Shown: positions 46,218 through 55,980 of the stretch, piece after piece
Numbering within the stretch: the stretch's first letter is position 1
Layout of the letters: each line of letters begins with the position of its first letter
From: a virus
IMG/VR virus record: IMGVR_UViG_3300020452_000254
Location: 11,635 to 75,634 of that record
Direction: 5' to 3' (one strand)
DNA: 64,000 bases
Notes under the pieces: generated by a model
What the model was told of the DNA's origin: nothing
The model's input: only the letters and a program-made list of their open reading frames with translations
The model's database searches: none
Program-made: the position numbers and the translations under genes

Positions 46218-46606
46218 TAAGAATAATCCCTTTCACCATTCCAATTTTCACCATTCTGATTGTAGTTATCAACAATCATGTCAATAACATCAGTAGCATT
46301 ATAAGAAGTACCACCAATATTCCATGAACAATCTTCTGTAGGAATTCTTCCATACTTCCATGCATAGATGGTGACTGTTTCATATTCCCAATCATCCCTA
46401 TCTATCTCATTGATATCATTTGCATCGTACCATTTTGCATCAATAACCCACTCACATGAAACTTTTTCATTTGGGTCTGCATTCATAAATGTTGGTGGCC
46501 CCAACACTTCACACAACCTTGAATAGGTTGTAGTTTTATATCCCTTAAGGGAAGTTCCACCAGACACCATGTCTGGAGAACAAACTTCATAATCTTTAAT
46601 TATCAT
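46217..46606 (-). CDS. Conserved hypothetical protein
   Basis: GTSLKGY..TTY..L..VLG.P, KV.CEW, TIY.WK and WNIGG motifs. Confidence 0.7.
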   Translation of the reverse strand: MIIKDYEVCSPDMVSGGTSLKGYKTTTYSRLCEVLGPPTFMNADPNEKVSCEWVIDAKWYDANDINEIDRDDWEYETVTIYAWKYGRIPTEDCSWNIGGTSYNATDVIDMIVDNYNQNGENWNGERDYS

Positions 46607-46806
46607 GCTACTACTCCAGTTGATTTACACATTAAATAAATTAGAGTGTCGATGTGGTCATCATCATCTTTTGAATACAGAACCTTGTCTGCACCAAACA
46701 AATCAGTTATCGTTTTAATAACTGCCCATACACCACCATTATCATAGATGGCAAAAACATCATCTGCAATCATATTTTTTGCAGTGTCGTTTACTAAATT
46801 ACTCAT
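46603..46806 (-). CDS. Hypothetical early protein
   Basis: RBS AAGGAG; first gene after a class A promoter. Confidence 0.65.
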   Translation of the reverse strand: MSNLVNDTAKNMIADDVFAIYDNGGVWAVIKTITDLFGADKVLYSKDDDDHIDTLIYLMCKSTGVVA

Positions 46807-46833
46807 ATTTTACTCCTTTTTTCTTACTATACT

Positions 46834-46863
46834 AGTATATCAAAAGGTGTACCTATGTGTCAA
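46834..46863 (-). promoter_or_regulatory. Sigma70-type promoter, class A
   Basis: TTGACA-ca-TAGGTACA-n8-TATACT. Confidence 0.75.
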
Positions 46864-46865
46864 AT

Positions 46866-47198
46866 TTAATTTTTATGGAGTTTCATGAAATACTCTGCAT
46901 CTAGAACGACCAGAGGTTTTTGTCTATTTCTTTTAATGACTACAAGGGGTTCGTAGTTTCCAGAATTAGATTCTGCTTGGTCATATGCTGACCAAATGTT
47001 TAGTTTTTCTTGGTTTTTACACTCGATTGAGTATGGGAATTTTTCTCGTGCAGCTCTTGCCATGATGACATCTTCACCACCAGCACCCATTGAAGTAGAC
47101 TTGATGTCTTCTGGATGAATATCCAATTCTTCTATGAGTCTCTCACGAGTCCACTTTTGTAAGTTTCTACCTTTTGCTTTTGCACTTTGTGGTTTCAT
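46866..47198 (-). CDS. PD-(D/E)xK nuclease, Holliday-junction resolvase-like
   Basis: SAKAKGR.LQ, MGAGGEDV and FPYSIECKNQE motifs. Confidence 0.65.
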   Translation of the reverse strand: MKPQSAKAKGRNLQKWTRERLIEELDIHPEDIKSTSMGAGGEDVIMARAAREKFPYSIECKNQEKLNIWSAYDQAESNSGNYEPLVVIKRNRQKPLVVLDAEYFMKLHKN

Positions 47199-47213
47199 AA
47201 TATAATAAATTGT

Positions 47214-47384
47214 TTAGTCGAAGTCTAATTCTTCATTTATGTCAAATTCGTCTTCTAGTTTTAGTTCTGAACCACAAAATGGACAAAATTTAACTTCGTA
47301 TCCATCTCCCATTTCGTGTTCAATGTCACCTTCTCCACCACATTCCATGCAGTAAAAACTCTGCACAAATTCTGGGTCTTGCAT
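47214..47384 (-). CDS. Small zinc-ribbon/rubredoxin-like protein (56 aa)
   Basis: MQDPEFVQSFYCMECGG...KFCPFCGSEL plus an acidic tail. RBS AAGGAG. Confidence 0.7.
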   Translation of the reverse strand: MQDPEFVQSFYCMECGGEGDIEHEMGDGYEVKFCPFCGSELKLEDEFDINEELDFD

Positions 47385-47397
47385 GACTGCTTCTCCT

Positions 47398-47634
47398 TTA
47401 TTTATTGTTCCAATCTGTATTATGCCATTTATCTAGTTGGTCATATCCACCAATTGACTCTCCATCAATTTTTATTTGTGGAAATGTTCTTGCAGTTGGA
47501 AATATTTCAAAGAGTTCTTCTCTAGTAAAATCTTCGTCCAACATATAATACTTATACTCATATCCTTGTTGTTCACATAAGTTTTTTGCTTTTACACAAT
47601 AAGGACATGATGGTTTTGAATATATTTCTATCAT
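47398..47634 (-). CDS. nrdC: Glutaredoxin
   Basis: CPYC active site and TFPQI..DG..IGGY motif. Confidence 0.92.
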   Translation of the reverse strand: MIEIYSKPSCPYCVKAKNLCEQQGYEYKYYMLDEDFTREELFEIFPTARTFPQIKIDGESIGGYDQLDKWHNTDWNNK

Positions 47635-48074
47635 TTTAGTTCTACCTCAATAAATTTACCCAACATATTTATATCTGCATCAGATAACATACCTGCTTGG
47701 GCCCACATGGTGGAACTCATCCCACCTACTGTTTCTCTGTTCTTATATGCATTGAGTCTATCTACAATATAGTCTTGAGATTGACCAGCAAGTTTAGGGA
47801 AGACTGCCATACCTTGACCTTCTGCACCATGACAAGCTGCACAACCACTCCATAGACTTCTGATATCACTGAATTCATCTGCATTTGCAAGTTCTTGTTT
47901 TGCTTTAAGTATCTCTACAGTTGTTCCATTGACTCTAACATACTCTTCATAACATTCACCTGTACATGAATGACCACCACCAACTCCAGAGTATTCTAGA
48001 TTGGGATATATTTTTAGTGTAAAGAATGCAAAGATTACAAATACACCTATCATTGTCATACCTAATTCGTTCAC
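47631..48074 (-). CDS. Membrane-anchored class I cytochrome c (c553/c4-like)
   Basis: N-terminal TM helix, CAACHG haem motif, FPKLAGQ, distal Met and LSDADI. Confidence 0.88.
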   Translation of the reverse strand: MNELGMTMIGVFVIFAFFTLKIYPNLEYSGVGGGHSCTGECYEEYVRVNGTTVEILKAKQELANADEFSDIRSLWSGCAACHGAEGQGMAVFPKLAGQSQDYIVDRLNAYKNRETVGGMSSTMWAQAGMLSDADINMLGKFIEVELK

Positions 48075-49171
48075 AGTTCAAATCCCTTGAAAGTATCTTC
48101 TTTAATATCTTGTTTAATACCACCAATGACATAAGACTCTATTTCTGTCTCCTGTGGTGCATTCTGTTGTCCTCTAGAGGTCAACCAGTGTTGAGTCCAT
48201 GGCAATGGGTTAGTTCTACTAGAAATGTCGTAGATTGGATTTAAACCAATTGCACGAAGTCTTCTGTTTGCAATGTATTCAACATAATGACTTAATAATG
48301 TTGTAGATAAACCTAGCATACTACCATGCATGAATAAGTATTCTGCCCAGTCTTTTTCTTCTGCAACAGCTTCTTCATACATTTGATAAACATCTGGTTC
48401 ACAATCTTTCATTACCTTAGTCATAACTTTATCTTTCTCTTGATTCTGATAACATTTAAGGATGTGTTGAGTGATTGCAAGATGTTGTGCTTCGTCTCTT
48501 GCAATCAAACTGATAATCTTTGCAGAACCTTCCATCTTTTTCATTTCACCAAATGCAAAAGTACATGCAAATGATACAAAGAAACGAAGACCTTCAAGTA
48601 TGTTGATACTTATAAGTGCAAGATATAATCTTTTCTTGAGTTCGTATTCATCTTTTTCGTAACCTAAACTATATCTTTGTGCATAGTCAATGAATTCATC
48701 ATATCTTTTTGTAACTGATTCTGCTCTTGCAATAATCTTTTCATCATCAAGAATTGTATCAAATACTTTTGTTGGGTCTGGATATAGATTCTTTATCATA
48801 TAAGTGTATGAACGACTATGGATAGTTTCCATAAAGTCCCATGTGATAATACATCCTTCTAACTCTGGAAGAGTACAAAATGGTAGTAGTGCAGTTGCAG
48901 GCCCTCTACCTTGAACTGAATCTAAAAGTGTTTGATACTTTAGATTACTAGTAAAGATATGTTTGTGTGCTTTACTTAGTTCATTGTAATCGTTCCTATC
49001 TTTTTGAAGAGAAACTTCTTCTGGTCTCCAGAAGTAACCCAATTGTCTTTGTGTGAGTTTGTCGAAAATCGGATATTTAAAATCGTCATATCGTTGGGTA
49101 TTAAGTTCCTCTCCAAAGAAGATTGGATTCTTTAAAAAATTTACTTTGTTTCTATTAAATACTTTACTCAT
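48071..49171 (-). CDS. nrdB: Ribonucleotide reductase class Ia beta subunit
   Basis: FWRPEEV, QTLLDSVQGR, ETIHSRSY, LEGLRFFVSF, IARDEAQH and APQETEIESY motifs. Start MSKVF at 49171. Confidence 0.97.
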   Translation of the reverse strand: MSKVFNRNKVNFLKNPIFFGEELNTQRYDDFKYPIFDKLTQRQLGYFWRPEEVSLQKDRNDYNELSKAHKHIFTSNLKYQTLLDSVQGRGPATALLPFCTLPELEGCIITWDFMETIHSRSYTYMIKNLYPDPTKVFDTILDDEKIIARAESVTKRYDEFIDYAQRYSLGYEKDEYELKKRLYLALISINILEGLRFFVSFACTFAFGEMKKMEGSAKIISLIARDEAQHLAITQHILKCYQNQEKDKVMTKVMKDCEPDVYQMYEEAVAEEKDWAEYLFMHGSMLGLSTTLLSHYVEYIANRRLRAIGLNPIYDISSRTNPLPWTQHWLTSRGQQNAPQETEIESYVIGGIKQDIKEDTFKGFEL

Positions 49172-50177
49172 GTTTCTCGTGTCCTTTTGCACATACTTTA
49201 CCTGTAATAGGGTCTGTCAATGCAGAATTCCCATATCTCCAATAATTCTTTTTACCTTGTATAAATGAATTTGCATCTTCCCATGCTCTTCCTGTTTTAC
49301 TTCCTACTCCATGATATATTGATGGTCTACCATCATATGCAAGTTGAGGGAAATCTCTATAGATAGGCCCATCTTTATGAAGATAGTGTATAAAGATTTG
49401 TCTTGCAGATTCACCAGCAAGTCTTTCTCTCCAGTGAATTACATTACTACCTTGATAAAACATTGCATCACCAGGCTCTAGTTTTACTGGAATACAATTT
49501 TCTCTTTCATCAAAAGGACTCCCCATTGATAATTCCCATGATTCATCATTTGCCATAGAACAATAATTCATATCATTTCTGACCCAAATAGTCCATGGCT
49601 TCTTATCATCAGTATTATATGAGATAGGGAAAGTTGCACTAAATTCACATGATGGTCTATCAGTGTGACTTAGTAGTCTAGAATGTCTATCGTAAGTTCT
49701 TCCATATGAGTATGTTGGAACTAATCTGATACCAAACAAATCTTCTATCTTTTGTTGATACATTAGGAGAATAGTTTCTCCATAGTTAGGAAATGGCATT
49801 CCTTTACTAACCCAAGTATCTAATCCTTTACCTTTATCGTCAAAGTTATCACCTATGATATGTTCTTCTCTATAGTATTGTTTCCTTCTTTCTTGAAACT
49901 TAAACATATGAGAAGTCCATTCAATATGGTCTTTATTAAAAAAGTTTCTTGCAATATAAAATCTATTCTTTGCAAATTGATACCCTTCTTTGGTTATCTC
50001 TGGTGCATCCTCTGGATGGTCTGTATCTGGATTAAAGATTTCAATTCTTGCATCTGAATTGTAGTCTATGTAACTATCTTTAATCTTTTGTTTATATTTA
50101 TCGTAAAACTTAGACTTATCTACTTTTCTTTTTTGATTTTCTTCTTTACTTCTTCTTGCAAATTTTAAATGGCGCAT
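49164..50177 (-). CDS. 2OG-Fe(II) oxygenase-like protein between nrdA and nrdB
   Basis: PTYSYGR.Y...HTDRPSCE.S, PGDA..Y.G...HWRE and QIFIHY motifs. Confidence 0.8.
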   Translation of the reverse strand: MRHLKFARRSKEENQKRKVDKSKFYDKYKQKIKDSYIDYNSDARIEIFNPDTDHPEDAPEITKEGYQFAKNRFYIARNFFNKDHIEWTSHMFKFQERRKQYYREEHIIGDNFDDKGKGLDTWVSKGMPFPNYGETILLMYQQKIEDLFGIRLVPTYSYGRTYDRHSRLLSHTDRPSCEFSATFPISYNTDDKKPWTIWVRNDMNYCSMANDESWELSMGSPFDERENCIPVKLEPGDAMFYQGSNVIHWRERLAGESARQIFIHYLHKDGPIYRDFPQLAYDGRPSIYHGVGSKTGRAWEDANSFIQGKKNYWRYGNSALTDPITGKVCAKGHEKHE

Positions 50178-52465
50178 GCCTCACAATCCTCATCTTCTAT
50201 ATCTTCCCCTTGAGGAAGTGGTTCATCTTTTAATTCGACAACCTCATCTGTTTTCATATCATATGTATTTTGGTAATATGATGTCTTCCACCCATATTTA
50301 TAAGTCTTCAAAAGGTCTCCTGCCATAACTGACAAGGGAACTTCATTGTTTTCATAATTTTCTGGATTGTAAGACCAATTACCACTTATGCCTTGGTCAA
50401 AAAACTTTTGCATTACAGATACTACTTTTATATATCCATCGTTGTCTTTCATATCCCACAAAAGTGTATAAAAGTTTTGTAACATTTGATATGATGGAAC
50501 TATCTGTTTTAATGGGCCTTTCTTTGATTTCTTAATAGAAAGATAATCTCTTGGTGGTTCTATTCCATTTGTTTCATTAGAAACCACTGAGGAACTTTCT
50601 GATGGCATTTGTGCAGATAGTGTTGAATGTCTTAGTCCATGTACTTTAATTACTGTTCTTAACTTTTCCCATTCTTCTGTTAATTTATGTGGAGTAATTT
50701 CATCAACCTCTTTTTTATAAGTATCAATAGGTAATAATCCTTTGGAATACTTTGTTCTGTCATACCATTCACATGCACCTTTCTCTGATGCAAGTTGTGT
50801 TGATGCTCTTAGTAAATGATATTGAAACTTTTCTGTAAGTTCATGAACCAACTCATATGCTTTTTCTTCACCATATTTAACTTTGTTCTTTGCAAGATAA
50901 TGTGCAAGACCAATGTATCCTATTCCTAAACTTCTTCTTGCTTTGGTTGATATCTCTGCAGCCTTAACTGGATATTTTTGATAATCAATTAATTCATCTA
51001 ATCCACGAACTGATAATTCACAAAGTTCTGAAAGTTCTTCTAACTTAATTGAACCTACATTAATTGCAGATAAAATACAAAGTGCAATTTCTCCATCTTC
51101 ATCGTCTGGATGACTAATGGGTTTTGTAGGTAATGTAATCTCTTGACATAGGTTTGACATACTTACCTTATCTAAGAAGGAACTATGACTATTACTATGG
51201 TCAATGTTTTGTATATAAATTCTTCCTGTTTCTGCTCTTTCTTTGAGTAAGTCCATAAACAGTGTTCTAGCACTTATTTTCTTTTTAGGGATTGAATATG
51301 CTCTCTCGTACTTTTCGTATAGTTCATCAAACTCTGCTTTTCCAAATGCATCGTAGAGGTCAGGCACATCGTGAGGAGAGAACAAACTAATATCTTCGTC
51401 TTTGATAAATCGTTCATAAAATAATTTAGATAATTGAATAGAATAATCTAACTTTCTGACTCTATTATCTTCTGTCCCTTTATTGTTTTTGAGGACAATA
51501 ATGTCTTCAATCTCTTGGTGCCAGATTGGAAAATGGACAGTAGCTGACCCACCCCTAACACCATTTTGTGTACAACATCTGACTGTGGATTCAAATTTCT
51601 TGAGAAAAGGGATAACTCCAGTGTGCTGGACTTCTCCGCCCCTAATCTTAGAATTAATTCCACGAATTCTACCAGCATTAATACCAATTCCAGCCCTCTG
51701 TGCAACATACCTACCAATAGCCATGTCACTAGAGAAAATACTTGGAAGAGAGTCATCAGTATCAACCAAAACACAACTAGCAAATTGTCTAAGAGGTGTC
51801 CTAACCCCTGCCATAATTGGTGTAGGGATGGAAATCTTAAATTGTGAAATTGCATCATAATATTTTTTAACATATTCTAACCTCGTTTCTTCTGGATAGT
51901 CCTTAAACAGAACTGCACTTATTAACATATACATAAATTGTGGTGTTTCATATAACTTTCCAGAAGACCTATCTTGCACTAGATATTTGTCCACCACTTG
52001 TCTGAGACCTGCGTAAGCAAACAACATGTCTCGATTATGATTAAGATATGAGTTTAGTTTATCCCATTCTTTATCATCATAATAACCTTTTAATTTTTCA
52101 TCATAAACACCATGTTTGATATTTCTATCTACTATATCTTTTAATGGTGGATATATTTTACTGTCTTTCCACTTAGTATTAAATACATCTTTACGAATTG
52201 CAAACAATAATAATCTTGATGCAACATATTGATAGTTTGGTGCTTCCAAAGATATCAAATCAGATGATGTTTTTACTAATGTGTCTTGTATTTCTTGAGT
52301 AGACATCCCATCATAAAATGATAGATTTGAACTCATTTCTACTTGTGATGCTGAAACTCCATTGATACCTTTACATGCAGCTTCAACCATTTTGTGAATC
52401 TTATCGAGATTTAGTTTTTCTTTTGACCCATCCCTTTTTATAATACTTAATCCATTACCATTCAC
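50165..52465 (-). CDS. nrdA: Ribonucleotide reductase class Ia alpha subunit
   Basis: ATP cone (IKRDG), PTPIMAG, QFASCVL, SNLCQEI, MPSESSS and C-terminal CEACAI. Confidence 0.98.
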   Translation of the reverse strand: MNGNGLSIIKRDGSKEKLNLDKIHKMVEAACKGINGVSASQVEMSSNLSFYDGMSTQEIQDTLVKTSSDLISLEAPNYQYVASRLLLFAIRKDVFNTKWKDSKIYPPLKDIVDRNIKHGVYDEKLKGYYDDKEWDKLNSYLNHNRDMLFAYAGLRQVVDKYLVQDRSSGKLYETPQFMYMLISAVLFKDYPEETRLEYVKKYYDAISQFKISIPTPIMAGVRTPLRQFASCVLVDTDDSLPSIFSSDMAIGRYVAQRAGIGINAGRIRGINSKIRGGEVQHTGVIPFLKKFESTVRCCTQNGVRGGSATVHFPIWHQEIEDIIVLKNNKGTEDNRVRKLDYSIQLSKLFYERFIKDEDISLFSPHDVPDLYDAFGKAEFDELYEKYERAYSIPKKKISARTLFMDLLKERAETGRIYIQNIDHSNSHSSFLDKVSMSNLCQEITLPTKPISHPDDEDGEIALCILSAINVGSIKLEELSELCELSVRGLDELIDYQKYPVKAAEISTKARRSLGIGYIGLAHYLAKNKVKYGEEKAYELVHELTEKFQYHLLRASTQLASEKGACEWYDRTKYSKGLLPIDTYKKEVDEITPHKLTEEWEKLRTVIKVHGLRHSTLSAQMPSESSSVVSNETNGIEPPRDYLSIKKSKKGPLKQIVPSYQMLQNFYTLLWDMKDNDGYIKVVSVMQKFFDQGISGNWSYNPENYENNEVPLSVMAGDLLKTYKYGWKTSYYQNTYDMKTDEVVELKDEPLPQGEDIEDEDCEACAI

Positions 52466-53457
52466 TATACTTTACTCCAGTTGTTAATTGCAAGGGTTAA
52501 TGATAATCCTTGCATAGTATTATTATTAATCACATCAATAATATCTGGTATCCGATTGAGTACCATATCGTTGATATCTTTTTCTTCTATCGTTTCTGGC
52601 CAAACACAAACTTTATATCCAAGTTCACCCATAGACTTCATCTTCTTGATGATTTCTACATTTCTAGGTTCATTGTCAAAAATAAGAGTTGAATTACTCT
52701 TACTAATTTCAGATGTTACCTTAGAGAAGTCTGAACCTGCGACTGCAATGCAGTTGTCCAAAAATAAAGAGTCAATGGGCCCTTCAACAACATAAAGAGG
52801 TTTGTTGAAATCAACTTTGTCGAGATTGAAAATAAGTGGTTTTTCTTCATCGAATCGTAATGTTAAATATCTCAGTTGTGAATCATTTAATGCTCTACCT
52901 GTAATTCCTATTAGATTATTTTGTCTATCATAGAAGGGTAAAACTAGTCTTGGGTCGTTACCTAAAACTCTCTTATTATACTTATAATTTATAGAACTTA
53001 GACTTTGAGATTGTCTAACAAAATAGAAATCTTTCCACCATTTTTTTGGAATCTCTCTTGATTCTAAATAATCAACACATAATTTACTCTCCACTGCTTT
53101 TGGATATTTTGCAAGTGGATTAGATTTAAACTTTGGTGGTTCAAAGGTAATGTTCTGTTGTGCAACTGGTCTGGTGTCGTTCTTTTTACCAAACTTTTCC
53201 ATGACCCATTGTTTATACAACATGTCATCGTGGTCTTTTAAAAAGATACCTATATTAGTAGAATGACCACAATTATGACACTTATAGACATAAGTATCCT
53301 TATGTTGAAAGTGATAACCTCTTGCTTTTAATTCATTCTTAGAACTATCTCCACAATAGGTACAAGAATGGTTAAAGACCTTATCATCTTTCCATTTACC
53401 ATTCCTCAATCGTGAGGACACCAATTTTAGATATTTCTTATCAATCCACAAAGACAT
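52465..53457 (-). CDS. gp61: DNA primase gp61
   Basis: CTYCGDS...YKCHNC zinc finger, RLVLPF, TOPRIM VVEGPIDSLF, DNEPRN and KDINDM. Confidence 0.95.
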   Translation of the reverse strand: MSLWIDKKYLKLVSSRLRNGKWKDDKVFNHSCTYCGDSSKNELKARGYHFQHKDTYVYKCHNCGHSTNIGIFLKDHDDMLYKQWVMEKFGKKNDTRPVAQQNITFEPPKFKSNPLAKYPKAVESKLCVDYLESREIPKKWWKDFYFVRQSQSLSSINYKYNKRVLGNDPRLVLPFYDRQNNLIGITGRALNDSQLRYLTLRFDEEKPLIFNLDKVDFNKPLYVVEGPIDSLFLDNCIAVAGSDFSKVTSEISKSNSTLIFDNEPRNVEIIKKMKSMGELGYKVCVWPETIEEKDINDMVLNRIPDIIDVINNNTMQGLSLTLAINNWSKV

Positions 53458-53463
53458 ATACTT

Positions 53464-53492
53464 ATAATACTATATTTTTGGGATTTGTCAAG
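53464..53492 (-). promoter_or_regulatory. Sigma70-type promoter, class B, for primase-nrd genes
   Basis: CTTGACA-n13-TAGTATTAT. The ATG lies 6 nt after the -10 box, which suggests a leaderless transcript. Confidence 0.55.
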
Positions 53493-53532
53493 GGTTTATT
53501 CGTTCTCTCTTACGAATAATTAGACATTGGTT

Positions 53533-54069
53533 TTAATTTTTTGTGACGACTGCAGCCTGTCCTTCTGATGTAGTTCCATCTGGATTTTTGATAGTTACAT
53601 TTCTGTAATAAACTACAACCTCTTGTACTTCTCTAATGTACCTTCGTAGTTCTTGCATGTTATATGACATAAGTTCGTAATCACTGACTGAGAATGCAAC
53701 AAAGACTACATCTCCATTATTCATTTTCTTCATGTCATCCATGAATCTATCCAGATAACTATAATTTTCTGGCCAATCTGGGTTTTCTTTACCTAAATCG
53801 CACACCCAACTACCATCTTCTTGTTTAGTTCTAGGTCTTTTACCTTCTTCGTTTTTGTTACATGGGTTGGCTATTTTTGCTTCGCTTACAACATAGAACT
53901 TTGGTTCTTTCAAATCAATGTTCCTCGGCATTGTAGGTTGCATTATATCTATTTCTAATGGTTTGGAAACAATCTCTACTTTCTTATTTGGTAATAAGGA
54001 ACAACCACTAATTGTTAGGGTTGATATCAGAAGTAGGGTCGTCCAACGAGTCCAATTCTTTGCTATCAT
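53533..54069 (-). CDS. Putative o-spanin (Rz1-like lipoprotein)
   Basis: Lipobox ISGC after a hydrophobic signal; DYELMSYNMQELRRYI...YYR motif. Overlaps the 3' end of the i-spanin gene. Confidence 0.7.
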   Translation of the reverse strand: MIAKNWTRWTTLLLISTLTISGCSLLPNKKVEIVSKPLEIDIMQPTMPRNIDLKEPKFYVVSEAKIANPCNKNEEGKRPRTKQEDGSWVCDLGKENPDWPENYSYLDRFMDDMKKMNNGDVVFVAFSVSDYELMSYNMQELRRYIREVQEVVVYYRNVTIKNPDGTTSEGQAAVVTKN

Positions 54070-54403
54070 TTTCTATACTCTCAAATACTTGCATTGTTGA
54101 ATCATTGATTCTTTTTTCAATCATTCCTGGCTTTGCAACTGCAAGTTGGTTTAAATTATGTCTTCTAAAAATGTCTAAGTATGAATTCATTTCTGCTTCA
54201 ATCTGTGCATTCTTAGATGCCATTTGATTCAATGCTTTACCCTGTCTCTCAAAGGATTCTCTCATTGCATCCATCGCCTGTTGTTGTTCTTGAACTGCAC
54301 CTTCAAGTGCAAGGTTGTTTGCAGATAATACTTGATTCTGTTGGTAAAGATAAAACCCACCAAATCCTAAAACCAATATAATTCCTATTAACATCTGTTG
54401 CAT
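54008..54403 (-). CDS. Putative i-spanin (Rz-like)
   Basis: N-terminal TM helix, long coiled coil and AKPGMIEKRIN motif. Confidence 0.7.
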   Translation of the reverse strand: MQQMLIGIILVLGFGGFYLYQQNQVLSANNLALEGAVQEQQQAMDAMRESFERQGKALNQMASKNAQIEAEMNSYLDIFRRHNLNQLAVAKPGMIEKRINDSTMQVFESIENDSKELDSLDDPTSDINPNN

Positions 54404-54618
54404 TATGTATTATCCTCAATCCATTGTTTGATTTCTGCAACTGTAAATAAGTTTTCTGCATCTTCATCTGGCATTTCAATATCATAACTGGACTCAATGT
54501 CCATAATTACTTCAACTACTGATAACGAATCTGCATTTAAGTCATCAACAATATGTGACTCATCTGTGATTGTAGATATATCTACATTTAATCTATCTGC
54601 TAATATTTTTTCTATCAT
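54403..54618 (-). CDS. acpP: Acyl carrier protein
   Basis: DDLNADSLSVVEVIMDIE...IEMPDEDAE..TV, with the DSL phosphopantetheine serine intact. Confidence 0.92.
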   Translation of the reverse strand: MIEKILADRLNVDISTITDESHIVDDLNADSLSVVEVIMDIESSYDIEMPDEDAENLFTVAEIKQWIEDNT

Positions 54619-54869
54619 TATAACTCCTTTATTATATAGTTCAACCCCGCAGCACTTCTATACTCAATCACCTCATTATCGTCATTTGTAAACTTAAGAT
54701 GTTTTTCTTGTTGTTTGTGAAGTTTTTTAGCAATATAAGTTCTGTCATCTGCATCACCCCATTCCTTATTAAAGGATACAGTGACCTCATATCTAGTTCT
54801 GAATAAATCTATGAACCACCAAAAGGCAGTTTTAATCCATTCCCAAATCTTAGTTGTCCACTTTTGCAC
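54618..54869 (-). CDS. Hypothetical protein
   Basis: Likely GTG start at 54869 after GGAG; C-terminal GLNYII motif; coupled to acp. Confidence 0.55.
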   Translation of the reverse strand: MQKWTTKIWEWIKTAFWWFIDLFRTRYEVTVSFNKEWGDADDRTYIAKKLHKQQEKHLKFTNDDNEVIEYRSAAGLNYIIKEL

Positions 54870-55980
54870 TTGCTCTCCACTGGTAACATGACCAATATCT
54901 TGCTTTCCATTTAGGGCCTGGGTCTGCACAATTATGTCTTGCTCTAAATGACTTTCTTCTTTCTGGGTTATCACGATTTATACCCATCTTAGGGTCTCCA
55001 AATCGAACTACCACAACTTTACCACTCTCACCCTTAACATATACTTTAAACTTTTTGTTGGGGTTCTCTGATGTCCTTATAGGGTCATTTAGAGTTACTT
55101 TCTTACCTTGATACTCTGCTTCTGTAATCATATGGTCATAATGACCTAAACATTCTGCACAACATTCTTCTTGAGCTCTTTTGATTTGGTCTTGGGTGGG
55201 AGCTCCTTTTTCACCTTTCTTTCTCATCTTTTCACCACGAGCTCTTTTCTTTCTGATATTATCCCAAAGTCCTTCTTCTAAATCTTCACCCAATCTTAAG
55301 AATAGTTTACCTTTTTGTTGACCCTTATCTGTTGCAGTCATTCCTACCATTTTTGCAATAGAATTGATATATGCCATACCATCTTTTTTATCTTTCTTGT
55401 ATCTTTTACCCATTTCAGATTTAAGTTTCTTTAAGATTGAACCTAAAACAGCATCTACAGTAGTAACTAATTTACCATCTGTCATAAGTCTTGCTTCATG
55501 TACAGATGCAAGTGAACCTTTAAGTACAACTTTTTTCTTTTCTTTTTCTTTGTCTTTTACATGAGGTGGATGTTCACCTGTATCTTCGAAACTTCTCTGT
55601 TTTCCAGGCTTCTTTACTGGGATATAACTTATTAATTTTTTTATTTGGTCACCAGTACCAGTTATCTCTAACTTTTCACTAGAACCAGTTCCAATTTTTT
55701 TAGGTTTTAGACCTGCTTTCTTGGCCCAATCAAAAACTTGTTTTCTAGTAGTTTGCATAAAACCTCTCATAGGTAATATCATTTCTACTTCATTTGCTTC
55801 TTTTATTGATTGGCCTGGAGTGTCATCCATATATCTTTTTAGAAGTTCTGGTGTTCCTATTTCTCTACCAGATGAATCTTCTTTCTTTTTCTTTTTACGA
55901 ACAATAGGTTCATTGGTTGCAACTGCATCTCCAGTTGCATTCACTGGTGCATCTTCAAACATGTCCTTAAATCTTTTCAT
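54850..55980 (-). CDS. Putative internal head polyprotein with several small domains
   Basis: MKRFKDMFE leader; modules begin after xxE sites; C-terminal KKFKVYV...RFGD...RRKSFRARH...ARYWSC domain. Confidence 0.65.
   Translation of the reverse strand: MKRFKDMFEDAPVNATGDAVATNEPIVRKKKKKEDSSGREIGTPELLKRYMDDTPGQSIKEANEVEMILPMRGFMQTTRKQVFDWAKKAGLKPKKIGTGSSEKLEITGTGDQIKKLISYIPVKKPGKQRSFEDTGEHPPHVKDKEKEKKKVVLKGSLASVHEARLMTDGKLVTTVDAVLGSILKKLKSEMGKRYKKDKKDGMAYINSIAKMVGMTATDKGQQKGKLFLRLGEDLEEGLWDNIRKKRARGEKMRKKGEKGAPTQDQIKRAQEECCAECLGHYDHMITEAEYQGKKVTLNDPIRTSENPNKKFKVYVKGESGKVVVVRFGDPKMGINRDNPERRKSFRARHNCADPGPKWKARYWSCYQWRASAKVDN

Noticed and set aside
48071-52465. Intron, intein or homing endonuclease in the nrdA/nrdB locus
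   Set aside because: Both genes are uninterrupted and of normal length. The intervening ORF has 2OG-oxygenase motifs rather than nuclease motifs.
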